Assembly (NCBI GenBank): GCA_004764695.1 | Contig: SMSO01000005.1 | Coordinates: forward strand, 434,001 to 498,000 | DNA: 64,000 nt | Reading direction: 5' to 3' | From: Schizochytrium sp. TIO01 | Taxonomy: Eukaryota; Protista; Bigyra: Labyrinthulomycetes | Shown here: in pieces, positions 12,801 to 21,871 of the stretch | Position numbering within the stretch: position 1 is the stretch's first letter | Layout: each line of letters starts with the position of its first letter | Notes under the pieces: model-generated | The model's input: the letters and a program-made list of their open reading frames with translations, nothing else | Databases searched by the model: none | What the model was told of the DNA's origin: nothing | Program-made: the position numbers and the translations under genes

Positions 12801-13619
12801 AATGATTTGCAAGCACTCTACAAAGCCGAAAGTAAGAAAGTGGGTCCGGATCATCCCCCGACAAACTATGAGAAAATTGCACAGCTTCTGGAACATGCGC
12901 GGAGTAATCCCTTGTTCATACCTGCTACAAAGTTTCCTGATCTTATGTTACGTCTCAAAGCTCCCTTAGGCTTCCGAAAACGCTCGAAAAAGGCAACTTT
13001 CTCTCTTACTGATGTCATGCGGTACGTTCAGGATCGACATATTCCGGTGACCCGTGATGGTATGATCCATTTTCATGCTACTTTACGAGCATTAATTGAC
13101 ATTAATGTTCTTCAAGGTCAAGTCCCTGAAGAGATTGAAAAGTTTTTGCAAATCAAACTGAGCTCGTATACTCGAGGCGTTGATTTTGTCAAGAGTGATA
13201 AGGTGAAACGAGAAAAGCATCGTGCTCATAAGCGGGCTGCACGCAAGATCAAGCAACTCGGAGCTCTATCGCCAGTTTTTAGCAAATCCATTCGAACACC
13301 CACAAGCTTGCCTCGCGACCAAGACAATAGCAGGTTGGGCTCTACACGTGAAGACCCCAATTTCTTTGCTGAAGAAATTTCCTCACAAAGTGATACTCGA
13401 TCGTTTGGCTCGGAACCCTCACTGCGTCGTATTTTAGCTCGAGAGCAGATCAAGAAACTTATTCATAATTATGCCACGTTGTGGCGAATTCGTCAGATGC
13501 GTAAGCATGGTGTAAGTGAAGAGCGAATTCGACTTTTTGTATTAGAAACTGATCGAGAGTTTTCTAAAGCAAATCCACCACAAGTTCCAGGGGTGACCTA
13601 TCCTATTATTGAAACTTGA
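6897..13619 (+). CDS. Four-domain voltage-gated cation channel alpha subunit, Cav-like (EEEE filter)
   Basis: Four 6-TM repeats with S4 motifs (FRMIRVLRPLRTL, FRLMRILRFFKL, LRALRAIRPLRAIRK, IRVLRVMRLLQRL). Pore loops are TEEGW, SGENW, SMEMW and TGESW, followed by a C-terminal EF-hand-like region (LKAPLGF...IHFHATL). First ATG is 6897; the ORF track starts at GTG 6882. Confidence 0.95.
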   Translation: MIATESDVDISMPEGNNRDQDTPRRRRRRGEIKFRNIIEKIRSREWLPSSANWLEKNDPQQQGGRRGSLASAYSSESGNAPREMDDVDPYYAGKFGFGQYPIVFSPIVLGCVSRQNPLRSLCIAIVRQLAFEAFILIIILANTILMALYDPVDAKLGISSRVNTVIKDMEWLFISVFTVEALIKIIAQGLFVRPSGYFRETWNWLDFIIALMGWIPVVISAVTPASNSRITSALTVFRMIRVLRPLRTLQFFPGLRNLVKAILGAAVSVGAVLLLCVSIMLVFSIVGITLFKGKLRQHCGVEVDNRTGTWAIPADEVDSFCSLNPENHGRACPEGLTCIVTDFNPSNGLVSFDNLGLALLTVLQAITEEGWSDTMYSLFDTTYRIVGIYFILLILFGSYIMVNLLVSALSVNYMLARKEDRHNSGLESQRRHFMQEVVEMAEKRNQSLKSFLRQPLQKQIREMEMRLVYSYEEHHHESNYSLVTENMYKRYSMRNVAYYPRFRRRIDKNLKQSALFRNRASTTQYRIHELIHSSRALSAQEDNNDAAVGPDNSSVQKVPTMRNKYDSRENRFTRFQETYSSLHDLYHDKSEDALTHHQLQSLDSIEDREMNMLEDRSHVDEEDTKNNLATSLAEIELSKISFNYNIDDIEISEEERRNHSRSLSSDISSMTDYFDARERGFSLGSAHTDSDRFLDTSELRVETRSLEQQQKKIENHMDCEQQQQPRRPPLKGAGAIDSSTISKPSITEPSGMLSRSASEEANLNPDDLSSKPGWVPYGEKPNAPRICIWLYKYIAKQMWFKLFALSLILLNTIVLASEYFLQPNWLTNLQNITNVIFLVLFTLETFIRLIAEGAPYYFHYWFNRFDCFIIFMGYMELFLEGNVASVFRLMRILRFFKLAHYWPTFRDLIASVDETVKQLFPFLIFFGIFLYIFTVSGMQLLGGRLTIPLEIQEVDYVYPSGIDPPASALSPIQPNPDFDCTKFKGDFLRTLDNGTEVWHCPERTNYDTFLWSLVTSFQVISGENWNSVMALAVDQTGQPAFVLYYVFLILFGSYIVLNFFLAILVDTFVEMHVQRKALKKRRRLMKALRAASRMADSEYSESNEGSAALPTPSPTPRASVKSRGSLSTPIITSPTTPTTTSTSTASGSLTDICGSVSTNISTAPATAINGSLIAIEEHQPVVQSVNSLSGAALPSLEEGIVSLSPLGEDYRNQSSRSLSRESSPSPSSPTNDRLQPLPRSTSERLARTIAESLRLQRTGSHKFGSDDGIGSFTSNTPRVKAKKTASLQDVLEKKNQKVYNLSEAEVVEMKAFRYNSLFFISPQNRLRVRIAILVSKAWFDFFVLLVILWSCIILALDTPTSDLDDKSLKVMNIVITAVFVVEAFLKIFAFGFIQGEGSYLRNWWNVLDFTITIISVIDISIPSTDTSTLHVLRALRAIRPLRAIRKFEGLRIVFTSFTRAIIPCAQVLALCLVFYIVFSICSTTFFVGKFHACYTCTSDSDDPLLETCLRNFSSAACHLYPEYDVTEAICPKERQCMGTILLSDGTNATLRWLNPTYGSLSEYDETARSYSFDSFGESLLLLFEVSSMEMWMEPMYYATDSTTIGHDPVRGSNDPASLFFIVFLFVLQFFMLQVFVAVLIDTYFDSADAERGDAFMTPEQRSWVNYNRRALARPFKPHAKLNIPIGHLRKRCYRVVTSESFEWFITIIILSNTILLMTDHSPSSDAYDLATTVFDTLFGIIYIAEATMKIIGLGPRAYFTLWSNNFDFVIVLAVILNWVVTLVPTTANEAGHLLQAIEAIRVLRVMRLLQRLPPVRPLLSTLLYTMYPLLNTLGIIFLFNFIYAILGIQLFGSIDIDAFPADDMQFLSKFLNFENFLHAFLTLFVMSTGESWNGVMHDLAHISRHAVWFCVSYVVIMQLLLVNLFVAVVLASFASQFERSKKNSNEHIDENALKDYNTQWNKVHISYVNDLQALYKAESKKVGPDHPPTNYEKIAQLLEHARSNPLFIPATKFPDLMLRLKAPLGFRKRSKKATFSLTDVMRYVQDRHIPVTRDGMIHFHATLRALIDINVLQGQVPEEIEKFLQIKLSSYTRGVDFVKSDKVKREKHRAHKRAARKIKQLGALSPVFSKSIRTPTSLPRDQDNSRLGSTREDPNFFAEEISSQSDTRSFGSEPSLRRILAREQIKKLIHNYATLWRIRQMRKHGVSEERIRLFVLETDREFSKANPPQVPGVTYPIIET

Positions 13620-13939
13620 TATATGTTTTATTAGCGGTTCTTCTTGAACGACGTTTTCTTTATTCGAGTAACATGTTGTCAAGTAGTTTGTTTATATATT
13701 TCCACATTGTGATGGTTTTAAAAAAAGTTTTGGAAAATAACCTAAAGAATAAGATCATGAACGTAATAATAAGTAAAGCTATCTTTGCTAGTTTCATACA
13801 GCACATACACCAATTGCTGCGTAGATTGTACTGGCAAGGCATTGCTGTCCCATGTTATTCGCCCAAACGCTCCATGGACACGAATATCTTATTACATGGT
13901 CTTTCCTCTTCACTGAAATCATTCGCGAGAACAGTTTCT

Positions 13940-16900
13940 CTATTGCAAAGACAAGGCGCGCATTATTCCGAATGGTTCTTCTGATACCTCATCTTGCTCT
14001 GCAAAATTGGTGTGATGATTTTGGTGGTGCCCGTTTTTCACACCACGTGGATTGCTCGAAACTATTGGATGTTGATTAGTTGCTTCTGCAAGGTCGCTGA
14101 GTGGATGTGAACTCCGCGACGAAGGCCGAGGAGGCAACCCCGGCGGGACTTTAGGTTCCACGTTTTCCAAACCAGGTGGTGGCGAAATTGGATTTTGCCA
14201 GCTTGGGTTTTGAGGAAGAGATGCCTTCGAACTTTCAATTGAATTACTGGCTCCGCGAGAAATCCCATAAAACCCCTCACCCGTAGATACAGAAAAGTCT
14301 GGCAAGCCAAGGCGGTCATCACCTGAGGTTATTTGGGCTTCATTGTTGTGAGGACTTGGAAGTGGAGTTGAGAAATACGTGGTTGTGTTGTCTGTCTGAA
14401 ATGAAACTTCTGATATAGGATCATCTATCTCCAGACTCGGAAGTAACTGCGGGCCAAAAATAGTGCTCGGGCCCAAAGATGGACTTGATTCTCGATCACT
14501 AAGATGTGAACTTTGTGACGACGAACTGCTCAGAGTCGGTCGGCCTCCATGTGGTGCTTCATAGTCATATTGATATACATTCAATGGATCGTTCTTTGAG
14601 GAGACAGGCGGCAGGGATTGAGTTAGTGGAGGTGTACTGCTTCGAATGGGTGGTACGTGACCTACCCCAGTTGAAAACTGGACATTCTGCCGCGCACTCC
14701 GTCGCCATGACTGCACATCTAAGTCCCATCCAGAGCCTGCAGTCGTATCCATGTTGGATGAGGAATAAGATTTTTGCCATGTGTTTCCTACCCCTCGGGA
14801 ACTCTCTTCGGCACCACAAGTTCTGGTAGGATTTAATGGTGGGCGTTGAGTTGAATTAGAACCAGAATCCCGTTGCGGAGGTTGCTGCTTCCAAGGGGCT
14901 TGCAAAGGTCGCCGGCGTCGTCCACTTCCATCATCGCTTCGGCTTTTTGAAGCTCGTAAGCTGGCAAGTGATGGTGAAGACCACCTTTTCGCCGAGGTTT
15001 CTTCCTTCAAAGGCTGGGAGGAATCTTGACGAACTCGTGAAGGAGGTATCACTGGAGTACCATGCAAGCGACTTTCTCTCACCTTTTTTTGTTTCGAACC
15101 AGCTTGACCTTCCAATTCCTCCGTTGCCGCTGTTGTAGGCAATGATCCTGTCTCTTGCAATACTTTCGTAGATGTGGTAGAGTCACTCGAGTTATGAGAG
15201 GATTTTCCAGATTTTCGCCTCGACTTTCGAGATGAGCTGGCACAAATAACATTTTTTGGAGGTGCACTATCTCCAGACCCACTTGAAGTATTATTTACGC
15301 TCATCGAGGGGTTGATCGCTTCCGGAGATACTGAGTCAATGTCCCCCGGGCGTAAAAGTTTTACAGGGGTACTGTGCGCAGAACTTGGAAAAAAGGTTCG
15401 TTGGTTTGCATCTGGTGTTCTAGGGAGAAGTGGCTGGTCAAAAGTATGCTCCACGGGTTTCGAAGAGGCTAGAAAGCTGAATGGTCGAGACTCTGAACCA
15501 GATGTCGAATGGTTTTCTTTGTATTCGTCACCTAAATTTTCAGTTGTATTTGCACCTTCGTAATTCTGTGATTTGGTGCTAATAGGTTTTTTGACTTTAG
15601 ACTTAACGAAAGCGTCTGCATCTCCATCCATTTCCTTTGGTACGACTGTGCTGCTAATAGCGTCGCTAGTGATAGTACCGTCGATGTTGCTCGTCTTAAC
15701 AGCACCTTCAATTTTTCCATCTGTATCTGTACCTTGTTGGTTAGTAGTATCAACATTCAGTCTATTACTAGACATAGGTATGATGTCTGAATCTTCAGGT
15801 TTTTCCTTATGCTCACTCAGTGGCATTACTAGACCTGGTGTGGTCTTATCACCCTTTTGTTCAAAGCGAACAATATTGCTAGTTCCATTTTCATTGGGCA
15901 GTTCAACCTTAAGGCTTACAGATACTTTCTTTGTCTTTTTCTCTTTGTTTACACTCTTGAGTTCGGACGTGAACTGGGAGACAGAGTCTTCACTCTGAAT
16001 AGTCGATTTTCCTTCTGGTTCGCATTTTCTAGATACAAAAAGAGTAGCAACTGAAACTAGAAGAAGTACACTAAAGAAGCCAAAAAGCAACACGATTGGG
16101 GAACCCTGGAATGGAAAAGAGGAAATTCCCCAAATCAAATCAGACGTCGCAAATGCCTTATTTGAGGTATCGTGCGTTTCGATTGTTTGTTTGTAAGTCC
16201 TCTGTGGTTCCACAGAGCACACGGATACAATCTCGGGGGCCATGTAAATATCCACACCAAAGCGAATTTGATGCTGAGGGTTGACTGCGACCTCAACAAT
16301 ACCCTGTGAGAGAGCAGTGCTACAATTTGCCATAATTTCAACATTAAGGTACAAAATCTCTTGTGGTCTGAGGGTCACAGGTAACTTTGACAGACTACTT
16401 ATATTAACATCGCGCCATAAGTGTCCCCCTGTGATGTGCAGTTCACTAATAGTTACATCTGAAATACCTGTATTACGGATAGCTGAGCGCTTCCTCACCA
16501 CTACAAATACAGTGTTCTCAGAATTTTGAGTATAATTAGAATCAAAATCACTCTCGTAAACCATCACCGTGGTTGCAGTACAGCTTTCAGAAGAACTCGT
16601 CTTTTCGACGCTGCTTGCATCTAATGTGTCGGAGCCTTGAGTGTCCACATTATCTATTTCGTCTTCTGAAAAAGTGTCAAACTCCAACGATGCAAGAGAC
16701 GCGGCGGCTGATATGTGTGTTTCAAGACGACCTGTCAAGTTTGTTTCCAGAATTACTCTAGCAACACTTACTTCCCCAGCGTGTTGAGCCTTTGGGGCAA
16801 AATTGAAGGGCCCAAGTCTAACCGTCTCTAGTGGACTCGCATGCCTAACCAAATCTTTATGGTCTGAAGGAATCGAGAATAGGTCATCAGCACCACCATC

Positions 16901-19648
16901 TACCTTGGCAATCCGAACTTCCATAATTCGATGTCGAGATGGGTTTCGAACATGGACATATTGCTCACTTTGGGTTCCAACTAGGGTTGCGGGTGTGGAT
17001 AGTACCTGTGATATTTGCACCTGGGGACACTCCACCTCTTTCACACTTACTGGAAGGGTAAAGCGCAATCCAGTGAGGTTCGAAGTAATAGTTATTTCTG
17101 GTTGAAAATCAATAACCAGGCTTTTCGATGCATTAGAAAGTTTCTCCACATCAGCGCACAAATGTCTAATCTTTCTACACGCTTGTGCAGAGGTCAATGA
17201 CTGTTTTGTGGGGTGAGGGTCCTCACAGCGGCTCATATTGATTATGAGATCACCTAGCAATGTTGTTGCGAAAGGTGCAAGAATAATTGGCCCGACTTTT
17301 GATAATTCGACACGAGGATCATTGTGCTTATCCCATTCGATAGCGACTGATTCATTAAAACTACTTTCAATTTCCACAGGGCCAAAGCGGACCTCATCGC
17401 CTAGGATTACACTTTCCACAAGCAAAGGTCCTGGCAGGCTTAGTAGTAACTCACCTGGAACAATATCGGCGTCAATCACAATGCGAATAGTGAATCCTTG
17501 GTTCGTTCGAAGCATCCATGTTTCTGATACATGCTCAGTTTCTGGAGACAGAAATTCGCGCAAAAGCAACACATCCAGGTCAACATCAACAACAGAGTAA
17601 GGGGCAATGGTTTCTGGAAAGACTGCCCCTGGAGCTAAGCGGACAACGCTATCTGCGCCAGCATTGACGTGCTCGAGCTTACGCACATGAATGGGAATCG
17701 CATCATCGTTCGCAAATTGCAGTCGAACTTGTGTGCGGGAGTCAAGTGCACATCGGCCTAGACGAATCTCCAACATATTCCAGGTGTTTGTCGCCAGCAC
17801 TTCTTCGTCTGGAAGCCTAATAGCCGATGCACGCAATCGACCGTGGTACAAAATTAATGGAACCTGAACCCTTGTAAGGTTTGTGTAAATGGCTAAATAT
17901 CGCGTTTTTGCTGCACGCGAGCGGCAAAGCACGTCTTTATCCTTAAGCAACGCCATGCGTGCAGCAGAAATTGGGATCTCTGGAAAAGCTTCACCAGGCG
18001 CGATGACTGTGCCAATCACTTGAGTAAGGTTGAAGAAAGGATCAAGGTCAACCCATGCAAGCTTGTGATCGACATACTCATCCGATTCACATGGGCTTTC
18101 CCAGGCATCATCAGGGAACGCATCCTGTGGTGCATATACTTTAACGTCAAGAATGACTATTGGTTCGTGGAAAGAGTTCCATGACTTTAGTGGAGTCAAT
18201 TGACGAGGGCCAGGGTGGCGTAGCATATATGATGTAGGCTGAACATTCACCGATCCAGTTCGAAGTCGGGCATGGATTGGCACACGTATGGGTAATTGAA
18301 GGTCTTCTAACTTTGCACCATCGTTTAAAACCTGTTTGTCTTGCTGACTTTGAAAGAACACGAGCTCTCCAGAAAGTTCACCATCTTCCTCTGCAACACT
18401 TTCCAGGGTCAAAAGAGCAGCAGCCGAGCTCCAGCTACCAGGTTGAATGCGCAGTGGAAGCGACTGCACTAAAATGTTAACTTGATCAAACCCACGAGTC
18501 ATATAACTAAGGGGCGCCTTGCGACGGAGAGAGGCTGTAATATCAATAACCTCAATCATAGATTCTCCATAGTTATGAAGTGCAATCACCTGTCTTGCAC
18601 GGTTCTCAGGAACTACGTATGGAACTGAGGTATTACGGCGCACTAATGTACCGAAAGAAATCACTCGTGGGTGCGCAGATACAACTTCTGGGACAACCTC
18701 AACGCTTATAGGAACAAGAAGACGGTTTGGATGAGGATTGTGGGCAGATGGTGCAAGTTTGATACGAACAAATCCTTGGAAAACTCCGGGGACTAGGGAC
18801 TGAAACGAAAGCGCGGCAAGTGCCTGCGTCACGCCGGGCGGTAATATCCAATTTGCATCTTGCTCCACACGAAGATGCAAAAATCCTTCCGTCGTGTAAA
18901 CCTCCTCTACAATAAGTTCATCTCTTGATGTCTGTGGATTTGTGATTTCCAAGTTTGGCCTCCACAGAACTTGTGTACCAACAATGGCACCAACAAGCGG
19001 TTCCAGGCCGTAGCGACTGGGCACACCATAACCAGTAACACGCACGAGAAACCGCCCTGAAGATGTCTGCAAAAACACTGCTGTCTCCACAGGCCCCGTT
19101 TGCCAGGGCAGCAGCGAGACAGTTATTGGGACTGAATCTCCAGCATGTAGAACATGTCGTGTGAACATGGGTACCTGGACTTGCGGATCTGCAGCTTCCC
19201 AGTCAATGAGCTCTACGGCTTTCTGGCTATTCGCATTTTGCAATTGATCATAAGAAAGAACAATTGTTTTAAGCATAGGCTCGCACAGTTCCACCTCGCC
19301 AAAATCCAAGTCGCCCGTGCTGACCCAGAGTGACTTAAACCTTTGCCTTGCGTCACTTCTTGCCCAATCTTTTGTTTCAATTGCGGCTTCGGACAAGTGA
19401 TCCCCGAGCTCGAAATTGTCTCCATAAATTTCATCTTGGGTGCCTTCGAATTCGCGAAAATCCTTCAAACCGTTTTTCAAACCGCTCCGGAGGCTGCTTT
19501 CGGGCTCGTTCTCACCGCCATGGGTTGCATCTGCCGAAGTTGCGGCCACGTCTTGCGTCCGAGCCTCCACCAGGGCTGGCGACAGACCACAGCACGAGAA
19601 TAACGCCGCAAGAACCAACGCAAACGCCCCCCAGCCACGCCGCATCAT
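13940..19648 (-). CDS. TMEM131-like protein
   Basis: Signal peptide after MMRRGW (19648; the frame is open to 19741). TMEM131 N-domain (LDFGEVELCEP...VSLLPWQTGPVETAVFLQTSSG...GYGVPSRYGLEPL), repeated beta-rich Ig-like segments, one TM (IVLLFGFFSVLLLVSVATLFV) and a long Ser/Pro-rich tail. Confidence 0.85.
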   Translation of the reverse strand: MMRRGWGAFALVLAALFSCCGLSPALVEARTQDVAATSADATHGGENEPESSLRSGLKNGLKDFREFEGTQDEIYGDNFELGDHLSEAAIETKDWARSDARQRFKSLWVSTGDLDFGEVELCEPMLKTIVLSYDQLQNANSQKAVELIDWEAADPQVQVPMFTRHVLHAGDSVPITVSLLPWQTGPVETAVFLQTSSGRFLVRVTGYGVPSRYGLEPLVGAIVGTQVLWRPNLEITNPQTSRDELIVEEVYTTEGFLHLRVEQDANWILPPGVTQALAALSFQSLVPGVFQGFVRIKLAPSAHNPHPNRLLVPISVEVVPEVVSAHPRVISFGTLVRRNTSVPYVVPENRARQVIALHNYGESMIEVIDITASLRRKAPLSYMTRGFDQVNILVQSLPLRIQPGSWSSAAALLTLESVAEEDGELSGELVFFQSQQDKQVLNDGAKLEDLQLPIRVPIHARLRTGSVNVQPTSYMLRHPGPRQLTPLKSWNSFHEPIVILDVKVYAPQDAFPDDAWESPCESDEYVDHKLAWVDLDPFFNLTQVIGTVIAPGEAFPEIPISAARMALLKDKDVLCRSRAAKTRYLAIYTNLTRVQVPLILYHGRLRASAIRLPDEEVLATNTWNMLEIRLGRCALDSRTQVRLQFANDDAIPIHVRKLEHVNAGADSVVRLAPGAVFPETIAPYSVVDVDLDVLLLREFLSPETEHVSETWMLRTNQGFTIRIVIDADIVPGELLLSLPGPLLVESVILGDEVRFGPVEIESSFNESVAIEWDKHNDPRVELSKVGPIILAPFATTLLGDLIINMSRCEDPHPTKQSLTSAQACRKIRHLCADVEKLSNASKSLVIDFQPEITITSNLTGLRFTLPVSVKEVECPQVQISQVLSTPATLVGTQSEQYVHVRNPSRHRIMEVRIAKVDGGADDLFSIPSDHKDLVRHASPLETVRLGPFNFAPKAQHAGEVSVARVILETNLTGRLETHISAAASLASLEFDTFSEDEIDNVDTQGSDTLDASSVEKTSSSESCTATTVMVYESDFDSNYTQNSENTVFVVVRKRSAIRNTGISDVTISELHITGGHLWRDVNISSLSKLPVTLRPQEILYLNVEIMANCSTALSQGIVEVAVNPQHQIRFGVDIYMAPEIVSVCSVEPQRTYKQTIETHDTSNKAFATSDLIWGISSFPFQGSPIVLLFGFFSVLLLVSVATLFVSRKCEPEGKSTIQSEDSVSQFTSELKSVNKEKKTKKVSVSLKVELPNENGTSNIVRFEQKGDKTTPGLVMPLSEHKEKPEDSDIIPMSSNRLNVDTTNQQGTDTDGKIEGAVKTSNIDGTITSDAISSTVVPKEMDGDADAFVKSKVKKPISTKSQNYEGANTTENLGDEYKENHSTSGSESRPFSFLASSKPVEHTFDQPLLPRTPDANQRTFFPSSAHSTPVKLLRPGDIDSVSPEAINPSMSVNNTSSGSGDSAPPKNVICASSSRKSRRKSGKSSHNSSDSTTSTKVLQETGSLPTTAATEELEGQAGSKQKKVRESRLHGTPVIPPSRVRQDSSQPLKEETSAKRWSSPSLASLRASKSRSDDGSGRRRRPLQAPWKQQPPQRDSGSNSTQRPPLNPTRTCGAEESSRGVGNTWQKSYSSSNMDTTAGSGWDLDVQSWRRSARQNVQFSTGVGHVPPIRSSTPPLTQSLPPVSSKNDPLNVYQYDYEAPHGGRPTLSSSSSQSSHLSDRESSPSLGPSTIFGPQLLPSLEIDDPISEVSFQTDNTTTYFSTPLPSPHNNEAQITSGDDRLGLPDFSVSTGEGFYGISRGASNSIESSKASLPQNPSWQNPISPPPGLENVEPKVPPGLPPRPSSRSSHPLSDLAEATNQHPIVSSNPRGVKNGHHQNHHTNFAEQDEVSEEPFGIMRALSLQ

Positions 19649-21871
19649 CCGCAAGGCCTCTCCGCGAGGCGTTGGGGGCTTGCTTCTTTCTCTCCACGCG
19701 CTTCCATGAAATACATAACATCCGCCATAATTCAAATACATATTCTAATTCATACGAATTTCATAACTCAAATACAAAATTTAAAACACCTATAGTACCT
19801 GCTACCTAACTAAGAAGAAGGAGGCCTATAAAAACAAATTCATTATTCACAGTTCATAATTCATACTATCTAAAGGCTAGTGCCTGGTACCTACCTTCCT
19901 ACTTAATAGTCATCTTTCTGTTGTATCTGAATATGGTGCCTTTACTACAAGAAAGATAAAATGAAATATCTATATAAAATTATTTTGAGGGGTCCGGTAA
20001 TAACAGCATTGACCAGGTCTTTTTTGAGACAGGAAGTTCCTAAAGTTCCTATAGAAGGCGGTTTAGAGTCTTTCAAAAGCTCACTTGGGATTACTACTAG
20101 GTAATAAGTAGAGTATGTATTAGCTGACACCTCTTGAATATACAAAATAGTCGCGGTTGGTCGGCGGGGACCTTGCTTGGCCGAGTGCTTGCAAGTTTAG
20201 GCGTGAGGACTTTATCGAAACTTGGATTGTTTGGGGTGTGGTGTGGGACTCTGTGGAGATCTCTTCTTCATCTGTCGTGCAAAGTCGAGACATAAGTTGA
20301 AAACCGATGTGAAACTTTGGACCCCTCACAACAAGGCAGATGAGTTGCATATGCTTGGCAATCATCTCTATGAGACGTTTGTAGAGAAGAAGATGTCGAG
20401 GTCAACTACTTCTCGTAATTTATCAATGTTTTTCGAAGGTGCGTGCATCGTAGGCGTGCGAACCAGGCTCAGCTTCTTCTCTTGGCTTCTGTTTTGGTCT
20501 TTGGAGTTATTCAATTCAGGGTTTAGGGTCCGGTTCAAGAGGAACTCTCTATGCTGGACACCGATTACAGTCCTAGTTTGTCGCCTCTCTTTCAAAAAAA
20601 GGATCATCTAAGAGATTCTGCAAATTCAAATACTACTTTAAAATTAGTTGTATTCCAACTACAATTACAATATCCAACGGGGGGGGCTCTCAAGATAATC
20701 CTATGTTATTTTTCTTTTATACACGCTACATCATGGCCCAAATGACCAAGGCTTTTGCGAGAGCAATACCCAGGCTACTCGACAGTAATTGATTCATGCC
20801 ACAGAGAAAACAGCAGATATTAAGCTTCACACAATAGCCCAACTCGCCCCCCCACCCCGAAAAAGAAGAAAGATTTCCGGGCTTTGATAACTTTCATTCA
20901 TACCACTCGAGCGAATAAGTCATTCAATGATTATTCTTCAAACCAAGTTAAAGGTTTGATTGAAAGAATCAAGAGGGCTTCAATTAATACCATAACCAGG
21001 TATCAAGTACAGATGTCCTATGTCTTATGCTAGCTGCAACAGAAAAGAAGACTAGGAAATGGATTGAAGAGTATCATGGTATGTTACAAAGTAGCAAATA
21101 CAGAATTTCAAAATGTATTTTTACCACTTGAAAGAGTTCCCTGATTATCCGTAGCTCATACAACGGTCATAGCTTTAGCTCCTCAGAATATTAAAATTTG
21201 CGAAACCTGGCTCTGGCATTATCTGTTGCCATTCTCATCCTTAGTTTTAAAAATAAGATCATTTTAGCTCACTCCTACTAAGGTACCCACTGCCCAAAAG
21301 TTACTTTCAAGCCATTAATGATTCTTTTGTCTTGAGTTTGACCCAAATTAAAGGATTGATATGACAAAAAAAATCGAAGTGGAAAGAACATATGGAACAA
21401 TAAGAACAATAGAAATCTGCTATATTAGGAACATATGGAACTTAACGGATCGCTCGAGGAGACACACAGTAGGATGTAAGTAGGCACCTACCAACCTACC
21501 TGTCAAATGCACAAACAAACGATCGTGAAAGTTTTGAGTTCTGGTTCTAGTTTATTTGTTGAGGAGGGTGTGCTAGATAAAGCCTCAGAAATTACCCTTC
21601 TTGGGAAAGACAGTGTCAAGGTCTCTGAGAAAGCACTGTAGATTCTGTATGCTTGTTTGCTCCAGTGTAACTTGAGCTTGTTCCTTCCAAAGAGCAGCAT
21701 TGAAGAGCAGCATCGGTGTCATTGTCTTCGGAAAGTTGCTTTAGGTTGGATAATAGACACAGAGACCGATAATTCAACAAAGAGATACAAAGGATAGGTG
21801 AACGACCGTGGAACTTCAAAGTTCAATCAGAGACGTCGCTCACCAACAATCTTGCTGTCAAAACTTCTGAC

